Position numbers and translations under genes: made by a program. A stretch of DNA of 64,000 nucleotides from a virus. Under the pieces are notes generated by a model. It saw nothing but the letters and a program-made list of their open reading frames with translations, did not search any database and was not told the DNA's origin. The stretch is from positions 1 through 64,000 of the IMG/VR virus record IMGVR_UViG_3300047550_003584. One strand, given 5' to 3'. This document shows, in pieces, positions 9,859 through 20,185 of this stretch (its first letter is position 1; each line of letters opens with the position of its first letter).

Positions 9859-10791
9859 TCACTGCATCATTTCATACTGACCAATGGTTGGTAGTTTTTG
9901 CTCGGTTGCTTTTGCAGCAAGGACAGTGTTGGCTAAGTTACCTGCAATGATGCCAGCACCAGAACCTAACGCAGCACCTGCTAAACCACGTTTAAAAGAA
10001 CCTCCCAATTTGGGAGCAGTCCGTATCGCAGTAGCTGCACCGGCAATACCACCAACAGCCGTAGTGACGGAAGGAATAGTCACTGGGTAACCAAGGAGTC
10101 GAGCTTCCGGTACACCTTCCAAGTTCTCAGGTGTTGCTTTTACGATGCCGAGGAATCCCTTGTCTTGATAGTAGGTACGTAGGTAATTACCGTAGCGTTC
10201 AGGTGTCAAGGAAGGAATATCTTTTTGTGCTTCTTCATATGCAAGGGGACGTCCGGTACGACCAAGGAAAAAGCGTTCAAACAATTCAGGGACAGGCTGT
10301 GTTGTTTCTCTGCGATCTTCTGAACCTTCCCCTGCATAGGCTTGGGCAAAACCCTTTGGCCTAAACATTTCACCAGGATTGGCAATGTTGTATGCACCAG
10401 CAAGAGCTGTGGCTGGTACAACGACACTGGCAGTAATAAGACCTGTTTTTGCGGGTCCCAGGGCTTCGTACGCCTCTTTGCCAATGGCAGCCTTGGCGCC
10501 TGCTTCCAGGATTGCAAGGGGATGGTTGTAGCGCCAATAGATGCCTCGTGTGCCGTCATTCGTAAGGTCCGTCATCAGACGGGTAGCAAAAGCACCTGCA
10601 GCCTGCACGGGTGTTTCAGAAAGAGAGACACCTAGTTTTTTAAGGTTTTGGTGGTACTCACCACGGAGACCTGGGGCGCTTTTGAAGATTGTTGGATTAC
10701 GTTCACCTTGTAGGTACGCAAGGCGACTGGCTTCTGCGCTTTTGCTTGCGCCAGTGGAAAACGCATTAAGAAATTGCTGGAAGCCCATCAC
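9859..10791 (-). CDS. Putative internal virion protein
   Basis: 310 aa, C-terminal Gly-zipper helices. Confidence 0.55.
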   Translation of the reverse strand: MMGFQQFLNAFSTGASKSAEASRLAYLQGERNPTIFKSAPGLRGEYHQNLKKLGVSLSETPVQAAGAFATRLMTDLTNDGTRGIYWRYNHPLAILEAGAKAAIGKEAYEALGPAKTGLITASVVVPATALAGAYNIANPGEMFRPKGFAQAYAGEGSEDRRETTQPVPELFERFFLGRTGRPLAYEEAQKDIPSLTPERYGNYLRTYYQDKGFLGIVKATPENLEGVPEARLLGYPVTIPSVTTAVGGIAGAATAIRTAPKLGGSFKRGLAGAALGSGAGIIAGNLANTVLAAKATEQKLPTIGQYEMMQ

Positions 10792-11336
10792 GCCGCTCCT
10801 CTTGTTGCTTGTAAAACTAAAGCTTGATCTTCAGGGCTTAAGTACTGGGTCCAATTATTGCGTTGATTTAATAGTTGTTGGAAATTTTCAGGGTCAGGCA
10901 TTCCTGCCATTTGAAAATTAGTACCAGGGGACAAGAGCTGTTCTTGCGCCAGGTTGTTAACTAAAGCACGTTGCTCAACTTGTTGTGCGATTTGCTGAGC
11001 CTGTCCAGTCCCGTAAATAAGCGGTGCTGTTGCATAGCCAGCGCCAATAGAAGCAGCAATATTAAGAGGAGTTTCCAATGGATGAGAACCTTGTTGCGTT
11101 ATTTTTTCTCCCGTTTTTTCATCAATTAACGTACGTTTGGTATAAGACTTTGGAGATAATTTGCGCAGCGCCCCGAGGGTCACAACGTCTGCAGCAGCAT
11201 CAACAGCACCCGACGCAAGAGCTTGCAGCGGAGTTCCACCGCCCATTAAAGACATAACGCTAGCAAGTCCACCGCTTGTTAAAGCTGGTTTAGCTACTTC
11301 TTTTAATAATTGACCAAACCCTGCTAACGACGCCAT
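10788..11336 (-). CDS. Putative internal virion protein
   Basis: 182 aa, Gly/Ala/Gln-rich. Confidence 0.55.
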   Translation of the reverse strand: MASLAGFGQLLKEVAKPALTSGGLASVMSLMGGGTPLQALASGAVDAAADVVTLGALRKLSPKSYTKRTLIDEKTGEKITQQGSHPLETPLNIAASIGAGYATAPLIYGTGQAQQIAQQVEQRALVNNLAQEQLLSPGTNFQMAGMPDPENFQQLLNQRNNWTQYLSPEDQALVLQATRGAA

Positions 11337-11362
11337 GTTATTACTTTTTCTCTATTATAGAC

Positions 11363-11941
11363 CTAGGCTTTTTCTGGCTTTTCATTGTTCTTTTTAAATG
11401 TTTCCTTGCTGTCTTCTGCTGAAGGTTTGTTAAGCAGTTGAGCGACAGACTTATTATCTTCCACCTCATCTAATGCACGCTTCTCTGCTGATGCCATCAT
11501 GTAACCCTTGGGATCAGGGTTGGCCATGCGTGGCATTGGGTTACTTGCTCGCTTATCTGGATTAACGGTTGGACTGATGCGATAGGCTTCTACCCATACA
11601 GGAGAAAAACCCGGTTGGTCTTCAGGACGCAAGGTTGTCAAAGCGCGTCCTTCGTTGAAGTCATAGCTTTCGTTGCGCACAAAACGACCAATGTCAGCAA
11701 ACACCTCATATTCTTCTGGTGTATCACCAACGAAGTTGAGGCCTGGGTTCAGTGCTAGCTTACGTGTTTGAATACGACGCAATAAGTCCGATTGCTCGAA
11801 TCGACTTGGCATCCACGGTGCTGCACCGCTGGATGGCTTGGATGCAAAAGAATCGTCAAAGTTGACTTGACGTTTTTTAAGAAAAGGATCCTTTGTGTAG
11901 TCAATGTAACGATCTAAAGCTAAGCGATGATCCTTTGCCAT
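11363..11941 (-). CDS. Hypothetical protein
   Basis: 192-aa ORF coupled to the upstream ORF (TAATG). Confidence 0.6.
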   Translation of the reverse strand: MAKDHRLALDRYIDYTKDPFLKKRQVNFDDSFASKPSSGAAPWMPSRFEQSDLLRRIQTRKLALNPGLNFVGDTPEEYEVFADIGRFVRNESYDFNEGRALTTLRPEDQPGFSPVWVEAYRISPTVNPDKRASNPMPRMANPDPKGYMMASAEKRALDEVEDNKSVAQLLNKPSAEDSKETFKKNNEKPEKA

Positions 11942-12162
11942 TACTTCTTATCTTTACGTTTTTTCAATCCTACCAACGTTTGACGAAGCCGTGCTTGCTT
12001 CACAGTTTTTTCATCATAATCATCTGGATTGGATAGCACGTTTTCTTGGAGTTGAGCGGTGGTGATGCCTTTACGTTTTGCTTTAGCTGTGAAGGCACCT
12101 TCTTTCATCTCCATGCCTTGAATCCACTTTTTATCTTTCTTTTTCTTTTCAGCCATGATCAA
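11941..12162 (-). CDS. Small basic protein
   Basis: Lys-rich, KKWIQGMEMKEGAFTAKAK...KQARLRQTL. Confidence 0.6.
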   Translation of the reverse strand: MIMAEKKKKDKKWIQGMEMKEGAFTAKAKRKGITTAQLQENVLSNPDDYDEKTVKQARLRQTLVGLKKRKDKK

Positions 12163-15100
12163 GATCTCCGAGAACCGCGACGACGTCCTGCCTGTGCTTG
12201 TAATTGTTTCATTACTTGTTCAATATTATAAGTTCTACCGACGCCTGGGCTAGCCGATGCTGCGGGAGAACCTTGGAAAGTAGAAATTGTATCTGGATCT
12301 AAACCTAAGTTCAAAGGTTTGGACGCACCAACGCCAACCTCGTTAGGATTCATATATCCAAAGCGAGTCATTTTTGGCGGCTCTACTTGAACATATTCGC
12401 CACGAGGTAGCGGGCCTCCAACAGGACCGGAAGCGTAACGCGCATTACTTGTGAACGGGTTGTCGGTGTTGGCAATAAAGCCACCGCCAATATTGCTTAT
12501 ATAAGGTGCTTGATAACCAACGGGAAATGTCTCCATCTCACGGCGTAAATTCACAAGTTTTTGTCCTGTTGTACCAAGGCTGGCGGCCGTCGATTGATTT
12601 GGTACTTGATAAGGACGAGAAACGGTTTTTTCCTGACTAATAACATTAGTTGTTGGATAACGGACCCCTGTCTCAGGATCAACTTTCATTTCATAAAGCG
12701 TAGGAGGAAGGAATTCAGTTGCTACATACGTACCTTCACCACCAGGTAGTTTAACGGTGCGCATGGCAACGTTTGGATAGTTGGTGAATTGCGCTCTAGG
12801 TATTGGGCGTAATTGAGGAGTTGTTTCTCCAGTAGAAAGTAAACCTTTAGCGCTTTGCGCTGCGGTACTAGCCGTAAGAACTTCACCAGTGCGGCGATCA
12901 CGTACAACTTGAGGAGCCGTTTCAATACGGGGCGCAAGATATGCAGTGGCCCCTTCGTAGTCATCAGTGATTGACATTGGATCAACGCCGCCTGTCCCAC
13001 GAATATCAACTTGTCCAGGAATTGGGCGTGCTTCTTTGGACATATCTACAGCGGGTACCCGCCCTTTTGCTGTTCGTTCATACAGTAAACCGCCTTTCTC
13101 GCCAATCTTGACAGGGCGCCCAAACACAGGGCTTTCTTTGGTAACTTGAATAACATTGCTCATAAATTCATGAGCTGTTTTGGGATAGTATTTATTGCCG
13201 CTTACTTTTGATGTTTGTGGTTGAAGAATAGGTAACTTGTACCCACGAGCCTGTAAACTCTTGTCTAAAGACTCGATAATAAAATCGTTATAAGAAATAG
13301 CATTACCTATTTCGCTTAATACCTTACCCTGCATCATGCCTTCCTCTAAAAGGTTGGGATGACGCCGAGCAAGAAACTCACGCTTAACAGAAGGATTATT
13401 AAGATATTGATCCTTTGCTTCTTCGGCAAGTTCGGTCAACGTTGCCAGGGGGAGAGAAACGGCTTGTGGTTTTTGATTCTTAAGAAAAACATAAGGGCCT
13501 TTTGAGCCATCCGGATTAGTTGTACGCGTGCCGCGTTGTGCAATTAAAGGCTCTTCTCCGGTAACTTCAGTTGCACTGGAATAAGCATAATAACGGCCAT
13601 CACTGCCTTTAACAATACGAGTGTCTTTTGGTCCCACAGCAGCGGTAGACCGTCGTGCTGTAGTTGGTTGTGTCGACACCATGGCAGAAGGTTCGCCAGT
13701 TGCAGGCTGGAAGCCACCAATCAAACGCGTAACAAGCCTATCTTCGTAATCACCTTCCACCATCATGGTTGGATCGGTAGGTCGTAAGCGCCCACTAGGA
13801 TCGCGTTCAGACGCGCCTTCAAATACAAGGCGGCCAGTTCCAGGGTCAATCCTGAAACCACGCGACGTATCACCCTCTTCTGTGCTACGTGTTGGCATCA
13901 CACGATCAATGCGTTCTTGACGTGTGTAAAGTTCTTCGTTACTACGATTTAACGGACGAACGGCCCTTGGAGATTGTGAGCCACCAACTGCAAGTTGGTA
14001 TTGACCTGGGAGATCGGTGCGGCTCTTGCCAGTGCGTTCGTCAAATGTACGACTAAGAGTTAAACCACCAGGGCCTTCACCTTCACCAAGATCAGTGGCC
14101 CCTTCATAATCTTCCCAAGATACGGTCTCAACGTATGGGGTATCACCCGCATACTCGTCATAAACTACCTCTTGGGACATTTGTGCGCGACGCGCGGCTT
14201 GTTCATCTTTCCAGCCAGGTACCTCAGTCATGCTTGCCCTAGCACCAGGGGTAATCTCGTGCGTTAAATTTCTACCAACACGGCCCTGTTCAACTCGCAA
14301 GGCACTCCCAAGTAGACCACGAATTTTTTCGGTTGGTACTGTTGGATTTAAAAGTAATTGATGTTCGTAGGAGCCAGGGGTAAAGTTAGCAGCCGCAGAA
14401 ATACGGTCAGCAATCTCAAGTTTGGATACAGTCGTGGGCGCCGTGCGCTGAGGAGACACATAATTTTTTATAGAAGGCCCTTGAACGGCGTCTTCAAAAT
14501 CAGTCATATCCACATCTGCACCAAAGAAACCAGCAGATTCAGGATCTTTAGAAGGACGAAGATCTAAGCCTATTTGCTTGCCAAAGATTTTTCGTTCTTT
14601 TGGCGACATTTCAGAGACGCCGGGAAGATCGCCCCGTGCTCCGGATAAGTTAAAACCTGCAAGAGGAGTATTACGAGTTTCTTGTTGACGCAAGAAATTA
14701 CCAAGATCATCAAGCACATGCTCTGGTGGTCCATCGGACCAATCATTTATTTCAAATTCATACGATGCGCGTTTTAATGAAGTTGTTGGATCTTCTAAAT
14801 TTGTTTTTGGAGCACCCACTTGACCCATCTCAGCCATGAGCCTTTGCTGGCGTGGAGTCAATTGTTCAGCAACTCCTGTATATTTTTCAACAGCAACAAT
14901 AGGTTTGCTATAACGAACGGAATCTACGTCACGTTGAACTACGGATTCAAGTTTGGAGTCAAGTTGATCCGAGCCGCTCTCCAGGGAGTCAAGCGTATTT
15001 TCTGCAACCACAGGTGTGGTTTTTTGTTGAATAGTAACTAGATCATCAACTGCCGCTCTAACAAAAGATTGGGCGTCTACTTCAGCAGGAGGAACGTCAA

Positions 15101-15554
15101 ACTCTTCTGTACTTGGTTGTGCACGAGAAGCTGCCGTTACATCAGAAAAAGGAACTTCAACGTATTTAGAAAGGTCAACTGTAGAAGATTTAACAGCAGC
15201 TTTAGGTTGACTAAGGGCAACTTTTGAAGGAGCAGGCTCTGTTGAACGCAAAGGAGTCTCTTTGACCTTGGCAAGATCAGTCAGATTCACACCCAAGGGG
15301 GCTTGTGATGTTTTTTGCGCCTCTCGCCCACGTAATGCACGGACACCAAGGAACCCACCACCCAAAATGCCAGCGCCGGCAAGAGCAGCTCCCACCGCAC
15401 CAAGGAGATTACCGCCTTGATCAGGGGCTTTGAGCTGATTACGGCGAAATTCCAGAACCTCTGGAGCCATTTCAGCCCTTTCTTCCGGATCTTCTGGTAC
15501 CGGCACCCCGGTTGCACGGCTGTAGGCGTAAAAATCAGCGGGTGCTAGTGCCAT
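12159..15554 (-). CDS. Large (1131 aa) putative virion/ejection protein
   Basis: Long ORF with one N-terminal Gly-rich hydrophobic helix; no motif recognised. Confidence 0.6.
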   Translation of the reverse strand: MALAPADFYAYSRATGVPVPEDPEERAEMAPEVLEFRRNQLKAPDQGGNLLGAVGAALAGAGILGGGFLGVRALRGREAQKTSQAPLGVNLTDLAKVKETPLRSTEPAPSKVALSQPKAAVKSSTVDLSKYVEVPFSDVTAASRAQPSTEEFDVPPAEVDAQSFVRAAVDDLVTIQQKTTPVVAENTLDSLESGSDQLDSKLESVVQRDVDSVRYSKPIVAVEKYTGVAEQLTPRQQRLMAEMGQVGAPKTNLEDPTTSLKRASYEFEINDWSDGPPEHVLDDLGNFLRQQETRNTPLAGFNLSGARGDLPGVSEMSPKERKIFGKQIGLDLRPSKDPESAGFFGADVDMTDFEDAVQGPSIKNYVSPQRTAPTTVSKLEIADRISAAANFTPGSYEHQLLLNPTVPTEKIRGLLGSALRVEQGRVGRNLTHEITPGARASMTEVPGWKDEQAARRAQMSQEVVYDEYAGDTPYVETVSWEDYEGATDLGEGEGPGGLTLSRTFDERTGKSRTDLPGQYQLAVGGSQSPRAVRPLNRSNEELYTRQERIDRVMPTRSTEEGDTSRGFRIDPGTGRLVFEGASERDPSGRLRPTDPTMMVEGDYEDRLVTRLIGGFQPATGEPSAMVSTQPTTARRSTAAVGPKDTRIVKGSDGRYYAYSSATEVTGEEPLIAQRGTRTTNPDGSKGPYVFLKNQKPQAVSLPLATLTELAEEAKDQYLNNPSVKREFLARRHPNLLEEGMMQGKVLSEIGNAISYNDFIIESLDKSLQARGYKLPILQPQTSKVSGNKYYPKTAHEFMSNVIQVTKESPVFGRPVKIGEKGGLLYERTAKGRVPAVDMSKEARPIPGQVDIRGTGGVDPMSITDDYEGATAYLAPRIETAPQVVRDRRTGEVLTASTAAQSAKGLLSTGETTPQLRPIPRAQFTNYPNVAMRTVKLPGGEGTYVATEFLPPTLYEMKVDPETGVRYPTTNVISQEKTVSRPYQVPNQSTAASLGTTGQKLVNLRREMETFPVGYQAPYISNIGGGFIANTDNPFTSNARYASGPVGGPLPRGEYVQVEPPKMTRFGYMNPNEVGVGASKPLNLGLDPDTISTFQGSPAASASPGVGRTYNIEQVMKQLQAQAGRRRGSRRS

Positions 15555-15676
15555 GGGTCGTTTATTTGCTTATGTGATCCTGTTATTTGTATTTTAGGGT
15601 ATTAAAACGCACGTAGATGCGTTAAAGTAGTAGCAGAAGACGTAAGAATACCCTGAATCTAGGGATTTAACACGAG

Positions 15677-15883
15677 ATGAACCCTAAAAACCGGGCAGAA
15701 CGCGTTGTTGCGTTAGATGCAATTACCGAAGAAGCGGAAAAGTTAGCGGCAGGCGGCGCTGATCCCCTTACCGTCAAGAGTTTTACGGTTGGTGCCAGGA
15801 AAGAACTAGCCGATCAACGGCCAGATGTGGAAAATTACTTTGATGCAGCCGTTGCTGCAAAGAAAGCAAAGAACAGTTTTTGA
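15677..15883 (+). CDS. Hypothetical protein at the strand switch
   Basis: 68-aa ORF followed by a terminator. Confidence 0.6.
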   Translation: MNPKNRAERVVALDAITEEAEKLAAGGADPLTVKSFTVGARKELADQRPDVENYFDAAVAAKKAKNSF

Positions 15884-15915
15884 TTTTAGGTAACACAAAA
15901 GTAAATTCACATACA

Positions 15916-15941
15916 GCCGGGGATAATACCCCGGCATTTTT
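15916..15941 (+). terminator. Intrinsic terminator
   Basis: GCCGGGG-ATAATA-CCCCGGC-ATTTTT. Confidence 0.7.
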
Positions 15942-16127
15942 GTCTGTAAATTAGGGTAAAACCTTAAATAACGCGACACTTTTTAGGTTTTGGTACGTTG
16001 TGATACAAAAGAAGGCCCCCTATAGGGTCGAAAAAGGATAAAAAATTATCTGAGCCTTCTCCAACACCCCACGCGTAGCGAAATACGTATAGAAAAAAAG
16101 AAAGGTGTGAGGGGTTGAAATAGTTAT

Positions 16128-16154
16128 CGGGGGCTGCGCATCCGTGTAACGCAG
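16128..16154 (+). promoter_or_regulatory. Pseudoknot-family element (variant copy)
   Basis: CGG..CTGCG-CAT-CCG-TGTAA-CGCAG, 22 nt before the first early ORF. Confidence 0.45.
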
Positions 16155-16424
16155 AGTACCACCGCATTCAACACCATGACAGACCGTATGCAGCGTTTTG
16201 AGACAGCAGCGGAAGCACTTGTCGCTGGCCGTAAGGTTAGCGTACCAGTTCGTGAGCTGCCACAAGGTAACGTGCAGGCTTGGCTAGCCGAGCTACGTAG
16301 TTACGTCATCTTTGGTCACACTGATCCAGGAGATGAAGTGACTTATCGAGTGTACGTTACCGTTAAGGAAGGCCGAGCAATTGCTCAGGCCAAGCTGACA
16401 TACATCGATTGAAGGTTACCTCTT

Positions 16425-16447
16425 CCCCTGGTGAAAGCCAGGGGTTT
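16425..16447 (+). terminator. GNRA-capped hairpin, possible terminator
   Basis: CCCCTGGT-GAAA-GCCAGGGG-TTT after the stop of 16176..16412. Confidence 0.5.
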
Positions 16448-16566
16448 ATGTAGCCCTCAATACCTGCTTCGTTGATACGAATTCGTATCGCGCGTGCGGG
16501 TTTTTGGGTATTCGCGGCACCGCTTCGCCAAGAACCGTTCTCGCGCAAGGGATCTCAGCGATTGCT

Positions 16567-16591
16567 CGTCAAGCTGGACGTTAAACGCAGC
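16567..16591 (+). promoter_or_regulatory. Pseudoknot-family element
   Basis: CGTC-AA-GCTG-GACG-TTAAACG-CAGC. Confidence 0.55.
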
Positions 16592-16616
16592 AGACAACTC
16601 GGCGGTTGGTCACGAC

Positions 16617-16650
16617 CTTGGCATCCACACTTCAGTGGTGTAAGACCAAG
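16617..16650 (+). promoter_or_regulatory. CAU/URUAAG internal-loop element
   Basis: CTTGG-CAT-CCAC(ACTTCA)GTGG-TGTAAGA-CCAAG. Confidence 0.6.
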
Positions 16651-16827
16651 CTCAACCTACGGAGTAACACCGTGACCATCAACCCCACCAAGCTGCTCTC
16701 TCGTGAAGAGGTTGGCGACAAGATCATGCTTGAGATCCTTGATCTCCTTGAGCATGGTCATAGCCAGACTCTCGGTGAGCAGCACCTCCAGGTCATTAAG
16801 TCCTACGTGGACGAGATGCTGGAGAAC

Positions 16828-16897
16828 AACTGATCCGTTAAAGCGGGTGACCAGGTGCAAACCCTGGTCCAGTTATTGCCCCCTGTGGAGATGGGCA
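16828..16897 (+). ncRNA. tRNA-minihelix-like intergenic element 1
   Basis: AACTG/CAGTT + CCG-TTAAAG-CGG + GACCAGG-TGCAAAC-CCTGGTC + ATTGCCC..GGGCA. Confidence 0.6.
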
Positions 16898-17195
16898 CCA
16901 CACACACGGAGAACACCCGTGATTGACCTGACTACTGGTTGGGTATCGCATCCTAATGTACCAGGTGGTTTCCACTTGGTTTACATCGATAGCCTCGTTG
17001 GCGAAATCTCTATCGTTACTGGACCCAAGGGTTCAGGACTGATGGCAGCCAACGATCCAGGTAATGAACCTACCTATGAGGTATGGTTTCCAGGTATGTG
17101 CGACCCGACCGGTTACCTGACTCTTGCCCAAGTGAAAGGCATAATCATGTTCATGCGTCAGCGTGAGCAACAACGCCTTGCTTGGCAAGATGAAG

Positions 17196-17263
17196 ACTGA
17201 GTCCGTATAAGCGGCATTGGCAGGTGCAAACCCTGCCTTCAGTATTGCCACAATCCAGTGGCA
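17196..17263 (+). ncRNA. tRNA-minihelix-like intergenic element 2
   Basis: ACTGAG/TTCAGT + CCG-TATAAG-CGG + GGCAGG-TGCAAAC-CCTGCC + ATTGCCAC..GTGGCA. Confidence 0.6.
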
Positions 17264-17439
17264 CCTACCTTATTCAACACCATGACTTACACCGTCATCA
17301 TCAAGCATCACGACGTATTCTCTCAGTCCTATCTCCAGGGCTGTGAGCAATCGTTTGATACTGAGCAGCAAGCTCAGGACTACATTCAAACATTTGAGGA
17401 TTGGGAACAAGATCTCCTGGAGATTGACTTCAATCCTTT

Positions 17440-17504
17440 CTGAGTAACAGGCGTGATGCCGGGGGATCGAATCCCCCACTCAGTATTGCCACAACTCAGT
17501 GGCA
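17440..17504 (+). ncRNA. tRNA-minihelix-like intergenic element 3
   Basis: CTGAGT/ACTCAG + GGC..GCC + GGGGG-ATCGAAT-CCCCC + ATTGCCAC..GTGGCA. Confidence 0.6.
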
Positions 17505-17716
17505 TTCACCTACACCACACCACCGTGATCAAAAGCGAATCCGTATTTGCATCTATCATCGTTACTGCATTTGGGCTAGGCATCCTTGCTGGCCCAGTCG
17601 CTGGGTACTTCATTGATCGGGCAACTGCCAAGCAATGCATCACCCATGACTGGCCTAAGGAGGCTAACCAAGTGCATCGTGATTGGTGCATTACCAACGG
17701 CTACAAGATCTAAGAC

Positions 17717-18887
17717 TCCTGCTCTGGGGACTACGGTCCCCTCAACAGGACTCAACATCCTGTATCCCACTGCTAACTCAACACCATGTCAATGATCAAG
17801 CACTGCACTGTCGTACTTTCCAACGGCAACGTCGTTGGGATGCATGCAAACGAAGCAGATGCAGAAATGCAAGCAATGGAGCTGGCATACGAATGGCGCA
17901 GACAATCTGACTGCGGCTCTGAAGTACCAGCGCCTAGGCTTGCCGTCCTGTCATTCAATGACTGGATGCAACTGCAGAAAGAGTTTGCATTCTGACTCCT
18001 GCACTTAACCCTTCCGTTGTGGTATGTATGTACTACGACGGTGGGTTTTCTGCAGGCAATCAAGCCTGCTATCCAACTCAACTCAGACCATGACTGCATT
18101 ACACATCCGCAAGAACATTGCAGCACTGCTGGTCAACACAGCTGCTGCTGTAGAGAATGCCAAGCTTCCTGACAAGGAGGCTGCTCGTACCAAGCTGCAT
18201 GACATCCGTTGTCGTGCAGCGGCACTCATGATGCCGAACGATATGGCATTCGTCATCACTCCCAAGAACAACATCTGATCCATGTCAAACAATCACTTCT
18301 TTGATTCCTGTGTGGCTATCATTCTTGGCACTAGCGTGGGCTTACTCGCTTCTGTTGGAGCGCAGAAGCTTCTCAACAGACACTACCAAGCAACGTGCCA
18401 TGACCGACCAGGACACAATTTGATCTACACCCAAGGATTCTTGGGTGATACGTACTACTGCATCAACAGTAAGTACATGAACTGATCTCTGCACTTAACC
18501 TTTCCGTCTTGATACGAATTCATATCGGACGGTAGGTTTTCTGCAGGGTTCTCCCTGCACTACACCACACGACACCACCAGGACTCAACCATGACTCCTA
18601 AAGCTGTTGAACAACTGCTGACCCAAGACGCACGTCTATTGGCTCGCAGAGACTCCCCTGCCATTGACCAAGAGATTGAAGAACAGCGTCAAGCTGCTCT
18701 CGATCTTTTCTTCCAATGGCAAGATGGGTTAGCCCAGTTTCAAGACCTAGTTCCCTTCGTTGCCATCGTGCAGCGTAAAGTAGATCTCAACCGGGATCTG
18801 CTGCGGTGGGAACGCAAGCAACTGGAACAAGACTGACTCTTGCACTGAGGGCCTCCGGGCCTTCTCTGCAGGACTCAACATCCTGCA
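17717..18887 (+). repeat. Four two-state stem elements (17717-17763, 17998-18069, 18487-18559, 18838-18887)
   Basis: CYTGC-[hairpin]-(TG)CAGG-loop-CCTG(C), each starting 1-3 nt after a stop codon. Confidence 0.65.
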
Positions 18888-19385
18888 CCTAATCTTTATC
18901 TCAATTTAACCAATGGCACTAACACTTACGCCACGTGAAATTTTTGATGCATTGCAACCTATCAATGCAAATTCAGATGCTTGTTACTTGGAATTTACAG
19001 GTGACATTGTTTATTTGCATTGGACCACAGATAAGGAGAACGCTCAAATGTATGTAGACAACATCTTTGAGTGTTTAGATATCAAACTCTATGGTCATTG
19101 GGTAGACATCTGCGGGCAACACGAACGTGGTACCCCAGTTACATTGCCTAATGCAGCTTTGTTTGATTGTCGTTATATCCTTGCAACCAACTGATATGAG
19201 GACAATCTACTCCATGGGCAAGGGCAAGTATATCCATTTGGATTCTTACGGTGAGTCTCATGAGACGCGCCGTTGGTCTATTGCCATTGCCACCTTCTCC
19301 CTCATCATCGCCACCATCACCGCTACAGCGTTGGTTGGCGTTGATATGACACAACTCAATCCTCAACCTATCCAGGGACAAATCA

Positions 19386-19733
19386 ATGAATCTCGCTGAA
19401 CACACTCAAGTCCTCGAAGCACGTATCAATGCTTTGATTGATAAGCTGCTCGAGAAGTACCACAAACAGTACGGAGAACTGGGCATCGAGTTTGACATTG
19501 TATGTGGCACTAAGTACTACAAGATCATTCAACGTAACATCAGACGTAACTGTCTTGGTGGCTACGAAGGCAGTGTCCATGCATTTGTCCACAGACAATC
19601 AGGTGCTGTCTACAAGCCTGCTTCGTGGAAAGCACCGGCCAAACACGTACGTTACAACTTGCTTGATGACGTATCATATGGGACCTGCCTACACAATGCC
19701 GACTGGGCAGGCAGCTATCTGTACATGAAATAG
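19386..19733 (+). CDS. Conserved phage hypothetical protein
   Basis: GxKYxKI...SVHAFV...GxVYKPASWKAPAKHVRYNL, a motif I recognise as common in aquatic phages. Confidence 0.7.
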   Translation: MNLAEHTQVLEARINALIDKLLEKYHKQYGELGIEFDIVCGTKYYKIIQRNIRRNCLGGYEGSVHAFVHRQSGAVYKPASWKAPAKHVRYNLLDDVSYGTCLHNADWAGSYLYMK

Positions 19734-19810
19734 CTACAATTCCCTGGGCATCCTCACGTAAGTGAGGTATAAGTCCCAGGGGTTACATCATTTCAACCCA
19801 ACATCTAACC

Positions 19811-20185
19811 ATGCGCAATCGCATCTCACTCGTCAAAGAAGATCGGATCTGGCATCTTAGGTGCCAGGGCTATGGCTACGAATCAATCGGCAGCATTGTC
19901 AACTGCAATCCTGGTTACATGACGATTATCTTACGTCGTGTAAGGCAGCGTCCACCGATTGAAGAAGATCCGATCAAACGAGGAAGAAGAACGAACTTCC
20001 TAAGTGATGCACAAGTAGATGACATTAGAGCACGCAAGGCCAAAGGCGAGACTTGTCATTCAATCTCCAAGGATTATGACTTAAGTGAGTCCGCCATCTG
20101 GAACATTGCAAACCATGTCACCTACAAAGAACCAGCTTATGACAGCGGTTATCATTACAACTTTAGTAATCGGCTAACACGCTGA
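19811..20185 (+). CDS. Helix-turn-helix protein (two HTH-like units)
   Basis: GYGYESIGSIV and LSDAQVDDIR..GET.HSISKDYDLSESAIWNI. Confidence 0.65.
   Translation: MRNRISLVKEDRIWHLRCQGYGYESIGSIVNCNPGYMTIILRRVRQRPPIEEDPIKRGRRTNFLSDAQVDDIRARKAKGETCHSISKDYDLSESAIWNIANHVTYKEPAYDSGYHYNFSNRLTR

Noticed and set aside
15901-15914. Second NtcA box GTA-N8-TAC
   Set aside because: A 6-bp pattern is expected many times by chance in 64 kb, and this one has no supporting promoter or gene context.
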